A DNA stretch of 64,000 bases from Cenococcum geophilum (Eukaryota), in the NCBI GenBank assembly GCA_050273025.1, contig CP158635.1, positions 17,360,001 through 17,424,000 of the forward strand, written 5' to 3'. The position numbers were made by a program, and so were the translations under genes. The notes beneath the pieces were generated by a model. It saw only the letters and a list, made by a program, of their open reading frames with translations, had not been told where the DNA came from and ran no database searches. This document shows, in pieces, positions 37,527 to 49,812 of the stretch. Each line of letters begins with the position of its first letter. The stretch's first letter is position 1.

Positions 37527-39138
37527 CTACTCCACCACCCTCCTCTCAATCTCTCGCCTCTCCCTCCACCTCCTCCACCACTCCCTGGGCGTCCCCTCCA
37601 CAAACCCCACCGCCAACCCGGCCGTCACGGCACACACCCCCGCCAACACAGCACACATATTCCCATACCCGATCCTCTCCCTCAAACCCCCCGCAACTAG
37701 CGGCCCCAGCGTGAGGCCACCACTCCACACCATGCTATTAAAGCCATACAGCTGCGCATACGGCCCACGGTCCCCAAAAAGCGCCGGATTCACCTTCCAG
37801 AACCGCTCGACCACAGCGCCGGCCTCGACGAGCGCGGGCGCACTGATGACCGCCAGCCCAGCCCCGCTCAGCGCCAGTAGCGCCGCGAACAGCGCAACCT
37901 GCTGCGGCGTCTGCCCCGGCGCGGGGTGTGGGCGCGGCAGCCGCAGGAGCGTCAGCGCGGGGACGAGGTACGTGTAGCCCAGCACGGCGAGCGGCTTCGT
38001 GCCGTAGCGGTCGACGGCCCAGCCGAAGAGCGGGCCCAGCAGCAGGTCGGAGGCGCCGAGGGGGAGGAAGAGGAGGCCGGCGGAGAGCGAGTCGAAGTTA
38101 TAGCGGGTGGAGGCGACGAGCGGGACTGTGGCGTCGAAAGCGCCGAGGAGGAGGGCTTGGATTAGGCCGAGGAAGAGGGCGGTTAGGAGGGAGGGGTTGC
38201 GGAGACAGAGGAGGATGGGGAGGGTGCGGGTTAGGGCCGTTTTGGGGGGTTGGAGGTGGTAGGGGGATTGGGAGAATGGGCATGGGTTCGCGAGGAGTGG
38301 GGTGGATTCCGTCAAGGGTGCGACTTCTGGGTCACTGGAGGAGGTAGTCGAGGTGGTGGAGGCGCAGGAGGGGGATGTTGGAGGGCTATATTTTGCGGCG
38401 ACTTTCTTTTCGATGACGAGGAGACGCATGAGGAAGTCGAGAGCGAGGAAGGCCACGCCGAGCCCAAAGACGCCGCCGTATCCTGTTTTGGCGTAGAGGA
38501 TCCCGCCGAGGACGGGTGCGAGGAGCGTTGCTACTGATAGAACGCTGAATATCTGGATTGGATGGCGGTCAGTTGGGTTGGTGCTGACAAAAAGAGGACG
38601 ATATGCATACGGATCCAATTGCCTTGCCTAGATTTTCAGGCCCAACAGTTTCTACAAGCAGTGCCAATCCAACGGTCCATACCACTCCGCTGCTGGCTCC
38701 TTGTAGCAATCTCGCAATAGTCAGAACGACAATGGATTGACCTACTGCTAAGAGGACGGTGGCGAGAGCTAGTATGATCAGGCCCAGCAGGAACGGGAGC
38801 TGACGTGAGGATGACAGCTTGTCTGCCAAAATGCCTGATACGGGTGATGCTACCATAGAAGCTGCTGCGTATACAGCCAGGAGTGTGGAGACATAGCTCT
38901 GAATTTGTGATTTTGGTGTATGGACTCTTTCTTCCAACATGAATGGGAGGACAGGTACGATCAGGCCGTAGAGAAACATGTCAGTAAACATGCCAATTCC
39001 TACAGTACTGATGATAAAGAATGTATTTGAGCGCCAGCGGAGGCCGATGGGAGGTTTGCTATGCCCATGATCAAGAAGCGGTGTGTTCTTCATCCTCCAC
39101 CAGGACGCTGAAGGTGAAGTTGGAGAATTTGAGGACAT
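37527..39138 (-). CDS. MFS transporter, vesicular amine transporter-like
   Basis: WRS..FIISTVGIGMFTDMFLYGLIVPVLP, ARLLQGAS, GWAVDRYG; intron 38553-38610. Confidence 0.9.
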
Positions 39139-39553
39139 TTTAATGTCCTCTTTATTACGAGGTTCGTCCCAAGCTCTTTTCTGTAAGAAAATGGGGAAGA
39201 TAGACAGCACTAGAAATATGGGAAGTTGCAAAAACCCATCCCGTAGCTCTACCAACCGAACCTTCTATCAAAGGGCTAGTACGACCTGATGACTCACGAG
39301 AGGCCTTTCACATTGCAGCAAAAGAAATACTTGTAATACGGCAGCACTAATTTTACGAGAACGGAAGCAATACGAAAATGCAGAGGTCGTGCTCACCTAA
39401 TAAATGGGTAATGGGCAGGCCTGGATGAAATGCTTGGTGGTAGTATTTTTGCTCGGCTAGTCTTGCCATTTCGGGCTCTGTTCACTTCCGACTTGCCAAG
39501 GCTGCATTTCGAACATTGACGCAGGCTCGACAAAGCTCCATACTGAATTAATA

Positions 39554-40487
39554 ATGGCAGCCATACAGCAACTAGGCGGTAATCTGCCAAGTGCAACGTT
39601 CGTACTCATGAATACCCTCTTTACGACCTTGCTGACTAGGCCAGCAGTGTCTATGTATGTCTAGCATCTCCAAAACCACTACCACGCCTCGAATTCTGAC
39701 TTGGTGCGGGGATAGGTTCGCAATCTCGAAGAGCGCATTAAGATCGAGCAGCTGAAGGAAGCCCTGAATGAAATATTTAGCGAATATGGAACCATTCTGG
39801 AAATCGTTGCCAAGAAAAACCTCAAGGCGAAAGGGCAGGCCTTCATAATTTTTGAAGACGTGGACTCGGCGGCACAGGCAATAGAGGAAGTGCAAGGATT
39901 TGACCTATTCGACAAATCCATGGTGCTCGATTTTGCGAAGACGAGAAGCGACGCGACAGTTAAGAGAGAGGGAACCGAGGAGGAGTTTGAAACGCATAAG
40001 CGGAGGAGGCTGGCTGAGAAAGGTACGTCGCATGGGAAATAGCAGCCATGTCCCGGACTGTATATTTGGGGGCAACTTGAACTGATTTGGCTATTCTACA
40101 GAGCGGAAGCAGGCCCAGGAAGCACAGGAAGCACAGAAGAAGCTCAAGAGACCTGCCGGTGCTGCCGCTGAGACTGCCAAACCGGCAAAAGGGCCTGGCC
40201 TCAAGCCAACAGGTGGAGCTGCGGCTGTTGTGCCAGACGAGTATCTGCCACCGAACAAGATTCTCTTTGTGCAGAATTTGCCAGACGATTACGATGTCGA
40301 TGCGTTGACAGCAATTTTCAGCCGATTCAATGGATTCAGGGAAGTCCGGTTGGTGCCTGGAAGGAGAGGTATTGCGTTCGTAGAATATGATGCGGAACAA
40401 GGAGCAATCAGTGCGAAGGAAAGTACGGCGAATATGCCACTGGGAGATGAGAGCAAGCCGATGAAGGTGACGTACCAGAGACAGTAG
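39554..40487 (+). CDS. U1A/U2B''-family snRNP protein (two RRMs)
   Basis: Exons 39554-39597, 39648-39654, 39716-40022, 40102-40487; TVYVRNL, KGQAFIIF, PPNKILFVQNLP, GIAFVEY. Confidence 0.92.
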
Positions 40488-40694
40488 CGTCTGTATGCCC
40501 ATCTTCGGCGTTATGGTGTTTCAAAAGGGAATGGCATTATGTACTCTTCGCATGATGGGGCATCTCAATAAATATATGCTCGATAGCCATTGCGAGTTTC
40601 ATGATCATCAAAAATGAAGCAATTAGTATTGTTGATAAATACGAGCACAAGTTCCGAGAACACCCCATCGATTTCATACACAGCACCTAAAAAC

Positions 40695-41686
40695 CTAAAA
40701 GATAACATCCTCGTTATCTTGATCACCAAGCAAGTCCTTTGATTCAACCGCTTCCTCTTTTTTCATGTCTTTCTCGTCGGCTGTTTTTTGGGCTTTCTCC
40801 CTCTCTTTCTCTCCAGCAGCAGCATCGCGATGCTTTTTCCCAGACACCTTCTTTAGCCTATAGAATTCCTCTCTGTCCAGCTCATCTAACTCCGAATTGA
40901 TGTACTTAATCGTGTTCTCTGTCCTAGGAATGATAACATGCTCGCTGGGAGAAAAAGCAATTATTAGTTAGATAAAAAATTTTGGATGATGGTACTCACA
41001 TGGCATTCACTCTTCGATTCACCACCTTAATAACCTCATCGAGAATGACGAAAGCAGTCTGCAGACTGGCGAGCTCCACCAATGTCTCAACAGCTCGCGC
41101 ATATGTCTCTCTACACCGCTGTACCTGCTGGCCACCTTTTCCCAAACCCGTCAATCCAAAGTCGTTGTTGCCCTCCGTCATATAGCTTTCGAATTGGGGC
41201 AAGAATACACCTGAAACATTTTCTTGCTTCGTTCTTACGCGAAATCTTGCCGATTTTGCAGACTCCTGTATTTGATAACCAATCTCTCCTCCCACAGCAT
41301 ACGTAACTTCTGCTAGCGAAAATGCAGCAATCTGCATGACCCGGCCCATCTTACGCTTCGCCTCATCGATGCGGCGTGTGATCTCTAATCGTTCGTTTCA
41401 GTTTACGAGTCTGCAAGAAAATATACAACGTGTTCATACCTCGAAAGCGTCTACAAGCGGGGAGGAATTAGCTAGGTGGTATTCTAAGAGTTGTGTGATT
41501 GCATACTTTGTCAGAGCTTCACTCTTTCTCTTTAATAGGTCGTGACCAGTTTGGGCACCCTTCAACTTGCTCTTCATCAACCCCAGCGATTGTCGCGTGG
41601 GGAAGACCGCTTCTCGCGCCTACGCACCTCTATCAGCTACATCGTATAGCTCCGACAGCTCCAGGACCTACCCCGCTACCAGACAT
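40695..41686 (-). CDS. VMA8: V-ATPase V1 subunit D
   Basis: REAVFPTRQSL, LLKRKSEALT, ENVSGVFLP, LASLQTAF, NRRVNA, ELDELDREEFYRLKKV, C-terminal DVIF; four introns. Confidence 0.95.
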
Positions 41687-42017
41687 TGTGGAACCAACTC
41701 TTAGTGACGGCTAAAAGGTCAGCGGTTGGCTAAGTGCTTCACAAGGATCGAGCTGAGGAAGTGAGGGCCGAGAGAAGGCTAATGCTATAGATAGCAGTCC
41801 TCGTGAGGGATTCAGCGTTGGATGGCGTAGATGGTGCAGATCCTAGCGGTCGCATTCGCAAGTCGAAGCGAAGCCCGAAGCGCCAACCCTGGCTCTCAAA
41901 TCAATCACCTCAGAAACTGCCTCACTGCACCCCGACAACCACCACCCACCCCACCCCTTCTTCTTCCGCTCTCGAGGTTTTCAGCCCAGCACAGGCTTCC
42001 GACGCCTATCCTGAGCG

Positions 42018-44624
42018 ATGCCTGGAGAGCTCTTGAGGACGGTGGTCAACGCCAGTCTCCCGCGCGGCAACAAACGGAACGCATCGAAAATGTCCGCCGA
42101 CTTGTACCTCATTTCGGACAACGACGTGATCTACGAGCAAGACATCATCCGGAATCCGGGCAGTATCAAGCCGTGGCTGGACTACGCGAATTTTAAAAGG
42201 CAGCACGGCAGTCTGCTCGAGCAAGCTTTCGTCCTCGAGCGCGCCTGCACCACTCTTCCACGGTCCTACAAGTTATGGAAGATGTACCTCGAGCTGCGAA
42301 CAAAACACCTTGAGCGCAAGAATCCTGCCAAATTCGCGCCGCATTATGTCAAAGTCAATGCATTGTTCGAGAGGGCGTTGGTTCTATTGAATAAGATGCC
42401 GAGGATATGGGAAATGTATCTGTCGTTCCTGATGCAACAGCCACTCGTTACAACCACTCGAAGAACATTCGACAGAGCGCTACGCGCATTACCAATCACT
42501 CAACACAACCGAATATGGGCACTATACCGGCCGTTCGCCAACTCCGCATCCGGAGAAACCGCAGTCAAGATATGGAGGAGATACATGCAGATACATCCGG
42601 AACATGCGGAAGACTTCATCGAGTTGCTAAAGGATATGCGACAGTACACTGAAGCAGTCAAGAAGTACATGGAGATTCTAAACAACCCTCGTTTCAAGAG
42701 CAAGGAAGCCAAAGGCCCGTTTCAGTTCTGGACAGAGATGGTTGAGCTGTTAATAGACCATGCAAAAGAGATTGAAACGGGAGATGACAGTGGCATAGAC
42801 GTGGAAAAGATCATTAGGAGCGGTATTGCACGTTTCGCCGACCAGAGAGGGATATTATGGGTTGGACTCGCCCGGTATTGGATCAATAAGGGCGAGTACG
42901 AAAGAGCCAGGGATGTATTCGAGGAGGGCATCACTACTGTCATGACTGTGCGAGACTTCTCCATCGTGTTTGATACGTACGCAGAGGCTGAGGAAGGCCT
43001 CATCGGGATAAAGATGGATGAGGCAGCCACACGGTCCGACAAGGGCAAAATTAATGAAGATGCCGATCTAGACCTTGACATCCGGATGATGAGGTTTGAA
43101 CAACTCATGGATCGGCGGCCATTCCTTGTTAATGATGTTCTGTTGCGGCAAAATCCGAACAACGTCAACGAATGGGAAAAGCGAGTCGCGTTATGGGGCG
43201 ACAACAAAAAAGAGGTGGTGCAGACCTATACCGATGCTATTGCAGCAATCCAACCGAAGAAAGCTGTCGGCAAGTTTCATGAGCTTTGGGCGAATTATGC
43301 AAAATTCTACGAAAATGGCGGTGACCTCAGAAACGCCCGAGTCATCATGGAAAAGGCTGTCAAAGTTCCATTCAAGTCTGTCGCTGAGCTCGCTGAGATG
43401 TGGTGCGAGTGGGCTGAGATGGAGCTTCGCAACGAGAACTTCGACCGCGCTGTGGACATCATGGCCAAAGCTACGCAAGCACCTAAACGTTCAAATGTCG
43501 ACTACTTCGATGAGACATTAACACCACAGCAGCGCGTGCACAAGAGTTGGAAGTTGTGGAGTTTCTATGTTGATTTGGTCGAGAGTGTCAGCACGCTTGA
43601 AGAGACGAAAAAAGTGTACGAAAGGATATTCGAGCTGCGAATAGCTACTCCACAAACCGTTGTGAACTACGCCAACCTCCTTGAGGAAAACCAGTACTTC
43701 GAAGACTCATTCAAAGTCTACGAGCGTGGCTTGGACCTCTTCAGCTATCCTGTTGCATTCGAACTATGGAATCTGTATCTCACCAAGGCTGTTGATCGGA
43801 AGATTGGCATCGAGCGACTTCGCGATTTATTCGAACAAGCTGTTGTCTGCCCACCCAAATTCGCAAAAATTTTGTACCTGATGTACGGTGCGTTAGAAGA
43901 AGAACGAGGTCTCGCTCGTCACGCTATGCGCATATACGAGCGCGCAACCCGAGCCGTCGCAGACGATGATCGTATGGAGATGTATAACTTCTATATCACA
44001 AAATCTGCCTCGAACTTTGGGCTTACTTCAACACGCCCGATCTATGAGCGTGCCATCGCGGCGCTCCCCGACAACGAAGCAAAAGAGATGTGTCTCAAGT
44101 TCGCGGAGATGGAGCGGCGGCTTGGCGAAATCGACCGCGCGAGAGCCATCTACGGCCACGCGAGCCAGTTCTGCGATCCCAGAACAAACCCGGCTTTCTG
44201 GCAGAAATGGGAGAGCTTCGAGGTGCAGCACGGCAACGAGGACACATTCAAGGAGATGCTACGCATCAAGCGAAGTGTCCAAGCGCAGTACAAGTATGTG
44301 TACCTCTTCTACTTCCCTACCCGTTCCCCTTTCCTGCCATCCTTTGTATATGGCCTACCGCTGACATTCCATAGCACCGACGTCAATTTTATTGCCTCCC
44401 AAGCCATCGCAAGGGGCCAGCAAGCGCAATCCGACGCCGCAAACGGCGAAACCAGCGACGAGAAAGCCGACGCCATGGCAGCGCTTGAGCGACAAGCCCG
44501 CGCACCCGTCGGCTTCGTCGCCGCGACCTCAGGCCCCGAAGGCAGCAACCAGCTCAAAGAAGCCGCAGTCCAGGAGCCCACACCCGCGAACCCGGATGCT
44601 ATTGATGTTGATGACGATTTGTGA
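42018..44624 (+). CDS. SYF1: Pre-mRNA splicing factor Syf1/XAB2 (HAT repeats); alternative start at 42090
   Basis: LPRSYKLW, DVLLRQNP, LGEIDRARAIY, HGNEDTFKEMLRIKRSVQA; intron 44294-44374. Confidence 0.96.
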   Translation: MPGELLRTVVNASLPRGNKRNASKMSADLYLISDNDVIYEQDIIRNPGSIKPWLDYANFKRQHGSLLEQAFVLERACTTLPRSYKLWKMYLELRTKHLERKNPAKFAPHYVKVNALFERALVLLNKMPRIWEMYLSFLMQQPLVTTTRRTFDRALRALPITQHNRIWALYRPFANSASGETAVKIWRRYMQIHPEHAEDFIELLKDMRQYTEAVKKYMEILNNPRFKSKEAKGPFQFWTEMVELLIDHAKEIETGDDSGIDVEKIIRSGIARFADQRGILWVGLARYWINKGEYERARDVFEEGITTVMTVRDFSIVFDTYAEAEEGLIGIKMDEAATRSDKGKINEDADLDLDIRMMRFEQLMDRRPFLVNDVLLRQNPNNVNEWEKRVALWGDNKKEVVQTYTDAIAAIQPKKAVGKFHELWANYAKFYENGGDLRNARVIMEKAVKVPFKSVAELAEMWCEWAEMELRNENFDRAVDIMAKATQAPKRSNVDYFDETLTPQQRVHKSWKLWSFYVDLVESVSTLEETKKVYERIFELRIATPQTVVNYANLLEENQYFEDSFKVYERGLDLFSYPVAFELWNLYLTKAVDRKIGIERLRDLFEQAVVCPPKFAKILYLMYGALEEERGLARHAMRIYERATRAVADDDRMEMYNFYITKSASNFGLTSTRPIYERAIAALPDNEAKEMCLKFAEMERRLGEIDRARAIYGHASQFCDPRTNPAFWQKWESFEVQHGNEDTFKEMLRIKRSVQAQYKYVYLFYFPTRSPFLPSFVYGLPLTFHSTDVNFIASQAIARGQQAQSDAANGETSDEKADAMAALERQARAPVGFVAATSGPEGSNQLKEAAVQEPTPANPDAIDVDDDL

Positions 44625-45463
44625 AAAAAGGTGGATATCTTTACAATGGGATAGGAATCTGGACACCGGGGTCACTTGCATCATCAAGGCGTTGTTGTGC
44701 TGGGGGAAATATTCGATACAGACTGCTCGATTGATATTTTCTAACTTGTGTTTTACGTACCCCGCGCCCATTAGCGGCTACCACCTTTCTTGTTTTTTTT
44801 TTCCTCTCTCATCTCAGTTTCGGAGCAGACTATTGGGTTGGACCCGGTTTACTCGTGCATATGATGGCGTTGGATGCTTGAGCTATGGATCTGATAGGCA
44901 GGGGAGTGGTGGGAAAGGGATGGCTGGTTCCAGTGCATGATGCTTCTGCCACTTCTGACTTTCCTTTGTTCTTTTAGCTTGATGTAGGAGAAGAGGGAGG
45001 CAGTTGATGCTTTGGAGTGGCTCGTTTGAGGGTATTGGGAGGCGGATGCCTAAATTATTTTGCTGGGAGGAGAAAAAAAAACCACTAACTCTACACTACA
45101 CACACTACACTATATACATTTCCTGATATCAAGATTCACCTCTGAGAAACTTCAAAAATATCCACCGGTTCTATCTCGCCACCCTGCTATATTTCCTCTG
45201 ATATCTTTCACCGGCCAGCCATGGTCCGCGGACCCGCTTCCGGCATCCTCCAGCATCCCTCCTTCAAGACCCGGCGCCCCAGCCTGGGTTTCAGGGCGTC
45301 TAGCCAACATTATCCACACCCAGAACCACACCGCAGCAGGCTGTGCAGCGGTACCGAGGCCTGCGTCGCACCGCAGGTCGCACCGCTGGCTAATACCTTG
45401 TTTCGGGGCGCAGCAGCAGCAGCAACGGCCGCCGCGTGCGAGATCGGCTGCACGTGTATGCTG

Positions 45464-46509
45464 CTGCGATTTTAGCGTACACGAGGGAGCTATGCCAGCG
45501 GTTCAGTGCGCTGGAGCAATACGGTCGGCAAAGATGGAGCATCTGAGACTCCGCAAAGGGAGTTGTATAACCTTTAACTAGCAGAAGACAGTTTATAATT
45601 CTTCGTTTATGGGTAGAGCTGTGCTACTAGACTTAAAAAATTTATTTGTGTTTATTCTGCATATGCGGGCTTGAAATAATAGTGAGAGCCAGGCCTACAA
45701 ACGGTGAACTTTTAGGCATCCTGTATGAATTTAAACCCGACGTTAATTAGTTATCGGGTCATGTCTATCCCTTTGCCCGGTAAAATTCGTCCCAATTATC
45801 ATTTTGCCAGTGTACGGATCACCAGATGGTAGGGCGCTACCAAGAGAAGGGATAATTAATGAACAAATCTCGCAAACCTTGCCTTAAACGTGAGTCTAGT
45901 GAAGCGCAACGAGGGGCAGCAGAGGTTGGTCTGAACCACCAATGTGGAACTTCCAACTGACCAAAGAGACTCAAATCACTGCAATTTTAGCGTCTACGAG
46001 GGAGCTATGCCGGCAGTTTAACGCAGCTATCCCTTAACCCGCTGATTCTGGCTCTCAGTTATCGATAAGGATTAGCCAATTAGAGGCCTGATTCTTGGCC
46101 ACTGTAATAAGAACTGCAGCGACATAAGGTTATTCAAATCCGTGGTTTCTATATATATATATATTTATAGGCTAGTCCTTAGAGGAGCTATGCCAGGTGT
46201 TCCTCCCAACAGGGCCCTGTCGTGCAGAACGGAATCCTACACACGGAACGGCCCCATCTTGTTCTCGGTGTTGGTGCACGGTGCAGCTTGGCATTGCACC
46301 TCAGCGGGTTAAGGGATAATAGGCTATTCCGCGAAGAAGCCGGTGAACTCCAAGCAGGAATCCAACCAGTACCAACTCACTACAATTTTAGCGTCCACGA
46401 GGGAGCTATGCCAGCAGTTCAACGTAGCTGTGATAGGCTGTTTCGCGGAGGAGCCGCTGAAGACGGGAAGAAATAGTAATTCACTGCAATTTTAGCGCAC
46501 TCGAGGGAG
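45464..46509. repeat. Dispersed/tandem direct repeat with ~50-bp conserved core
   Basis: TTTTAGCGT..ACGAGGGAGCTATGCC core at ~45464, 45976, 46377; partial copies at 46182 and 46481. Confidence 0.8.
46028..46318. mobile_element. Putative MITE with 18-bp perfect inverted ends (including flanking TA)
   Basis: TATCCCTTAACCCGCTGA (46028-46045) and TCAGCGGGTTAAGGGATA (46301-46318); interrupts one repeat unit. Confidence 0.65.
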
Positions 46510-47061
46510 TCTTTACAAGCACGTGAGAGCAAAGGCCGATTCGGCCATTTCCTTCGTTTGCACGTTCCTTCGTGCCGTCTAGTCACTCCATAACTTCAGA
46601 TGAGCGTACAAACCTCTCACCAACAACACAAGCGAGAAACATAATCATCTACTATTGCAGTCTGCTCAGTCAGCGGTCTCGGGCTTCGGTCTCCAGGCCG
46701 AGCGATTATGTATACGGCGTCACCTGCTGCAGCTTGGCAGGGCTTGGGTTTAAGTTTTGGTAGATTTATAAGCTACAAAGTCAATTGATTACAGGTTTGA
46801 CCACCTCCGTTTGGCAATTGCAGCCGGGTGGGGGTACGCGGCGTGTTGCGAGGTGTTACTTCTGACATGGGGAAGGTTGTGTAAGGCATCAGCAATTACT
46901 GACAGCGCGCTTGAAACCCAAATATCTAAAATATGTAGAGAAGAGTGTGTGGTCGTGGGTTGATATAAGGTGTCGAGCTTTGGATGGCCGAGTGGAACCA
47001 CACCAGCTGAAGAGCTCGGAAAACCAATTCCATAAATCCGGTCCCAGCAGTTCTGTAAACC

Positions 47062-48091
47062 ATGCAGGGCTTCCTCGCCTCTGCACCCGCCCTGCGGGCG
47101 ACGGCCCACGCCACAGCCGCATGCTCGCACCAGCTCGAAATTCGCGCCGCTCTCGTCGACATTCAGGGGCACCCCGTCCAACACCGCCAGCTACGCCGTC
47201 CAGTCGTTCGGCGGTGGCGCCTACATAGTGACGGACGGGTCCTACCAGAACGCCTTCTTCGTGCCGACCGCAGGCGTGGTCCACGTCGACCTGCCGCTGA
47301 CCATCAGCAGGAACATGCTCTCCACCATCGGCAACGTGACGAGCCAGCCCATCACGCACATAGTGTACAGCCGCCCGCAGGCGGACCACATCGGCGTCGC
47401 CTCGCTAGTCGCGGGCCCGGGTAAGCCCCGTCGAGATCATCGCGCACGAGGACACCAAGGAGCTGTTGCAGGAAGCGCCGGATGCCTCGCGGCCGCTCCC
47501 CACCGTCACATTCAAGGACGACTGCAGGCTCCGCGTGGGGCAACCAGACGCTGGAGCTGCGCTACGACGGCGAGAACCACGCCCGCGGCAACATCTACAT
47601 CTACGCGCCGGCGCAGAAGCTGCTCGTGCTCATCGACGTCGTTTTCCCCCCGGCTGGGTCCCCTTCGCGTACCTGGCCGTCAGCAGCAACATCCCCGGCT
47701 GGATCACGGCGCACGACCCGGCGTCTGACTTCGCGTACCATGTCGGCGGGCACTTGGGGTGGGCCGGCGCGCGCGCCGACGTGTTGGTGCAGAAGGAGTA
47801 CATGCAGGACCTGCGAGCTGCAAGCAAGCGCTCGACCTCACGGCGGCGGATGATCCGCTGCCGAGCGCGGCGGTTCTGCAAGGGGCGGTTGAGCTCGTGA
47901 ATCCGGGGAATCCCTGGACGGCTTTCAGGGGCTATCTGGCTGTCGTGGTTGAGTATTGCGGAAATGCGACGAACAAGAAGTGGGTTGGGAGGTTGGGCGC
48001 GGCGGATGTGTTGGGGATTCGACAATGCGTGGACGACGGTCGAGCCTCGGGGACCGATTATAATGTTCTTGGGCCGTTGAGGAGTCTCTAA
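47062..48091 (+). pseudogene. Metallo-beta-lactamase-fold protein pseudogene
   Basis: Fragments in different frames: VTDGSYQNAF, PITHIVYSRPQADHIG (degenerate HxHxDH), GENHARGNIYIY, LVLIDVVFP/PGWVPF, VGGHLG; many frameshifts. Confidence 0.78.
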
Positions 48092-49812
48092 GAGGGGATT
48101 TGGGGAAGCTGGTTAGGATACCAGAGTACTGGATTTTTGGTGTTGTTGAACCTAGTGTCGTACGAAGATGTACTGGCTGCATTGTTCAACCCGGCCAATA
48201 TCTGGATCTAATTATGGTCCCGCTGTCTTTCCACTAGGAACTGGAATGATCGGAAAAGTGTCTGTCTAACAGAAATGCTACCCGCACACGCAATTTTTGC
48301 TAGAATGAAACACACTTGAAGGAAGCCACAATATAAAATAGAGCTCATGTATAACGAGGATGTCGTACGCTAGTTTACGTTAGCTGAAGCGGTGGCCTAT
48401 TAGTTCCTGAGTAAAAGCGGCGCCGCTCACTAAACCAAATCTAGGGTCTCACCTAAGTTTGGCGCATGCCATCCGGAGGTTTCCTAGTCCAGTATTCCCT
48501 CAGACGTTGGCTTCAATTTGCCCCAGACCCCTTGACGCCCAGCACGACGCTATGGAACGATAGTCCAGGAGATATGCGGAGCTGAGGGCTGTGCATCTAT
48601 CATATCTCCTTGACACATTAGAAATGGCTCAACGGTTGGTATCGGCTGGAGCTTCCCACGGCCTGATTGACCCTTACGCTATCCCGCATGCATTCCAAAA
48701 TCAATCCCAAACAAGCCCGATCTAGCATTCATCTTCGCGCATCTGGAGTCCAGGTTATCTATCCGAGAAGGGAGGAGAAGCTTTAGACGGTGCAGATCGA
48801 TGTCAATCAGGTCCATCTCATCATAGATGCGTCCGAAAGACTACACATGTCCGTGATAGGCGTCTGCACCCGAGTTGTTTGGGCCTCACGCCAAGCTGCG
48901 GTTTGCCATCTTTGCTTCTTAGTGTCGAGATAGAGAAGTGTCTGAAGGGGTTTTTGCACCCTGCTAGTGTAGTGCGGTGGAGGCGCAGCACTGACAGAAA
49001 GCGGAGCTTGAGCACGGAGGATCATTGAGGACCAACTAGGCAAAGAGCTCAGAGGGCTGCAGAAAGGTAGAGGTGCAGCAAAGTGCAGCGAGTCTTGCGG
49101 TGGTGCAGGCAGGTGGCCAGGCCCTTCCCCAGGTCGATAAGATAGAGACATGAGAGGGGTGCAAGCAGCAGCCACGACATAAGTGACCTGTCCACTCACC
49201 GGCCCAAGGCTCATCATCCCTTCCTCACTACCCTGCGCTCCACTACCAGCACGGCGGATATGCAACACTGCGAGCGAGGCAGTGCTGCGGGCGATCCAAC
49301 CATTTTCGCTCACCACTCTCTCTAGCCTGCACTACGACGATCACCGCGAATCACCGTTGCTAGCCCGGGACGCACTGACGTAACGGCTTAACATTTCTCG
49401 AGCAGATTGGATATTCCCGTCGGCACGGCCAATTGATGGCGCAGGCCTGCTCAAGGGACAGCTGGGCAGAAGGCAAGACTGGCACTTGTCAGATCGCCTC
49501 GAGCTGAGCTGAGGACGGCATGGCAGTCTGAGTGCATCATGTGCAGCGGGCCCCTCCCTTGACGTCGTTGGCGAGAAGGCCGAAGGCAATTAAGGGCTGG
49601 GGCGATGAAGGGAGGCCTGGGAGGAGCTGGGAGGGGGGGTCTCTTTATATCTTGCCCTGCATGCCCCCAGACCTCGATGATGTTTATCATTGATCTCGAG
49701 CAATCCTCCCCTCCCCCCCAATACCAGTCGATTGATTCTCTCTCGTATACCTCCCATTTACTTTGAGATATCCTTTGACTACCAAATATAACAACGACCG
49801 ATATCATCCAGG

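Noticed and set aside
36190..38537. Overlapping and antisense ORFs in KEI1 and the MFS gene (also in TRS85)
   Set aside because: Expected shadows of GC-rich codon usage; no recognisable motifs.
43840..43860. SYF1 EQAVVCPP appears one residue shorter than orthologues as I recall them
   Set aside because: In frame and cannot be verified without an alignment; may be natural variation or a consensus error.
26695..44624. Functional cluster of splicing genes (DIB1, U1A/U2B'', SYF1) or trafficking genes
   Set aside because: Interspersed with unrelated housekeeping genes; no shared motif seen; compatible with chance.
45464..46509. CRISPR-like direct repeats
   Set aside because: Eukaryotic context, irregular spacing, degenerate copies, no cas genes.
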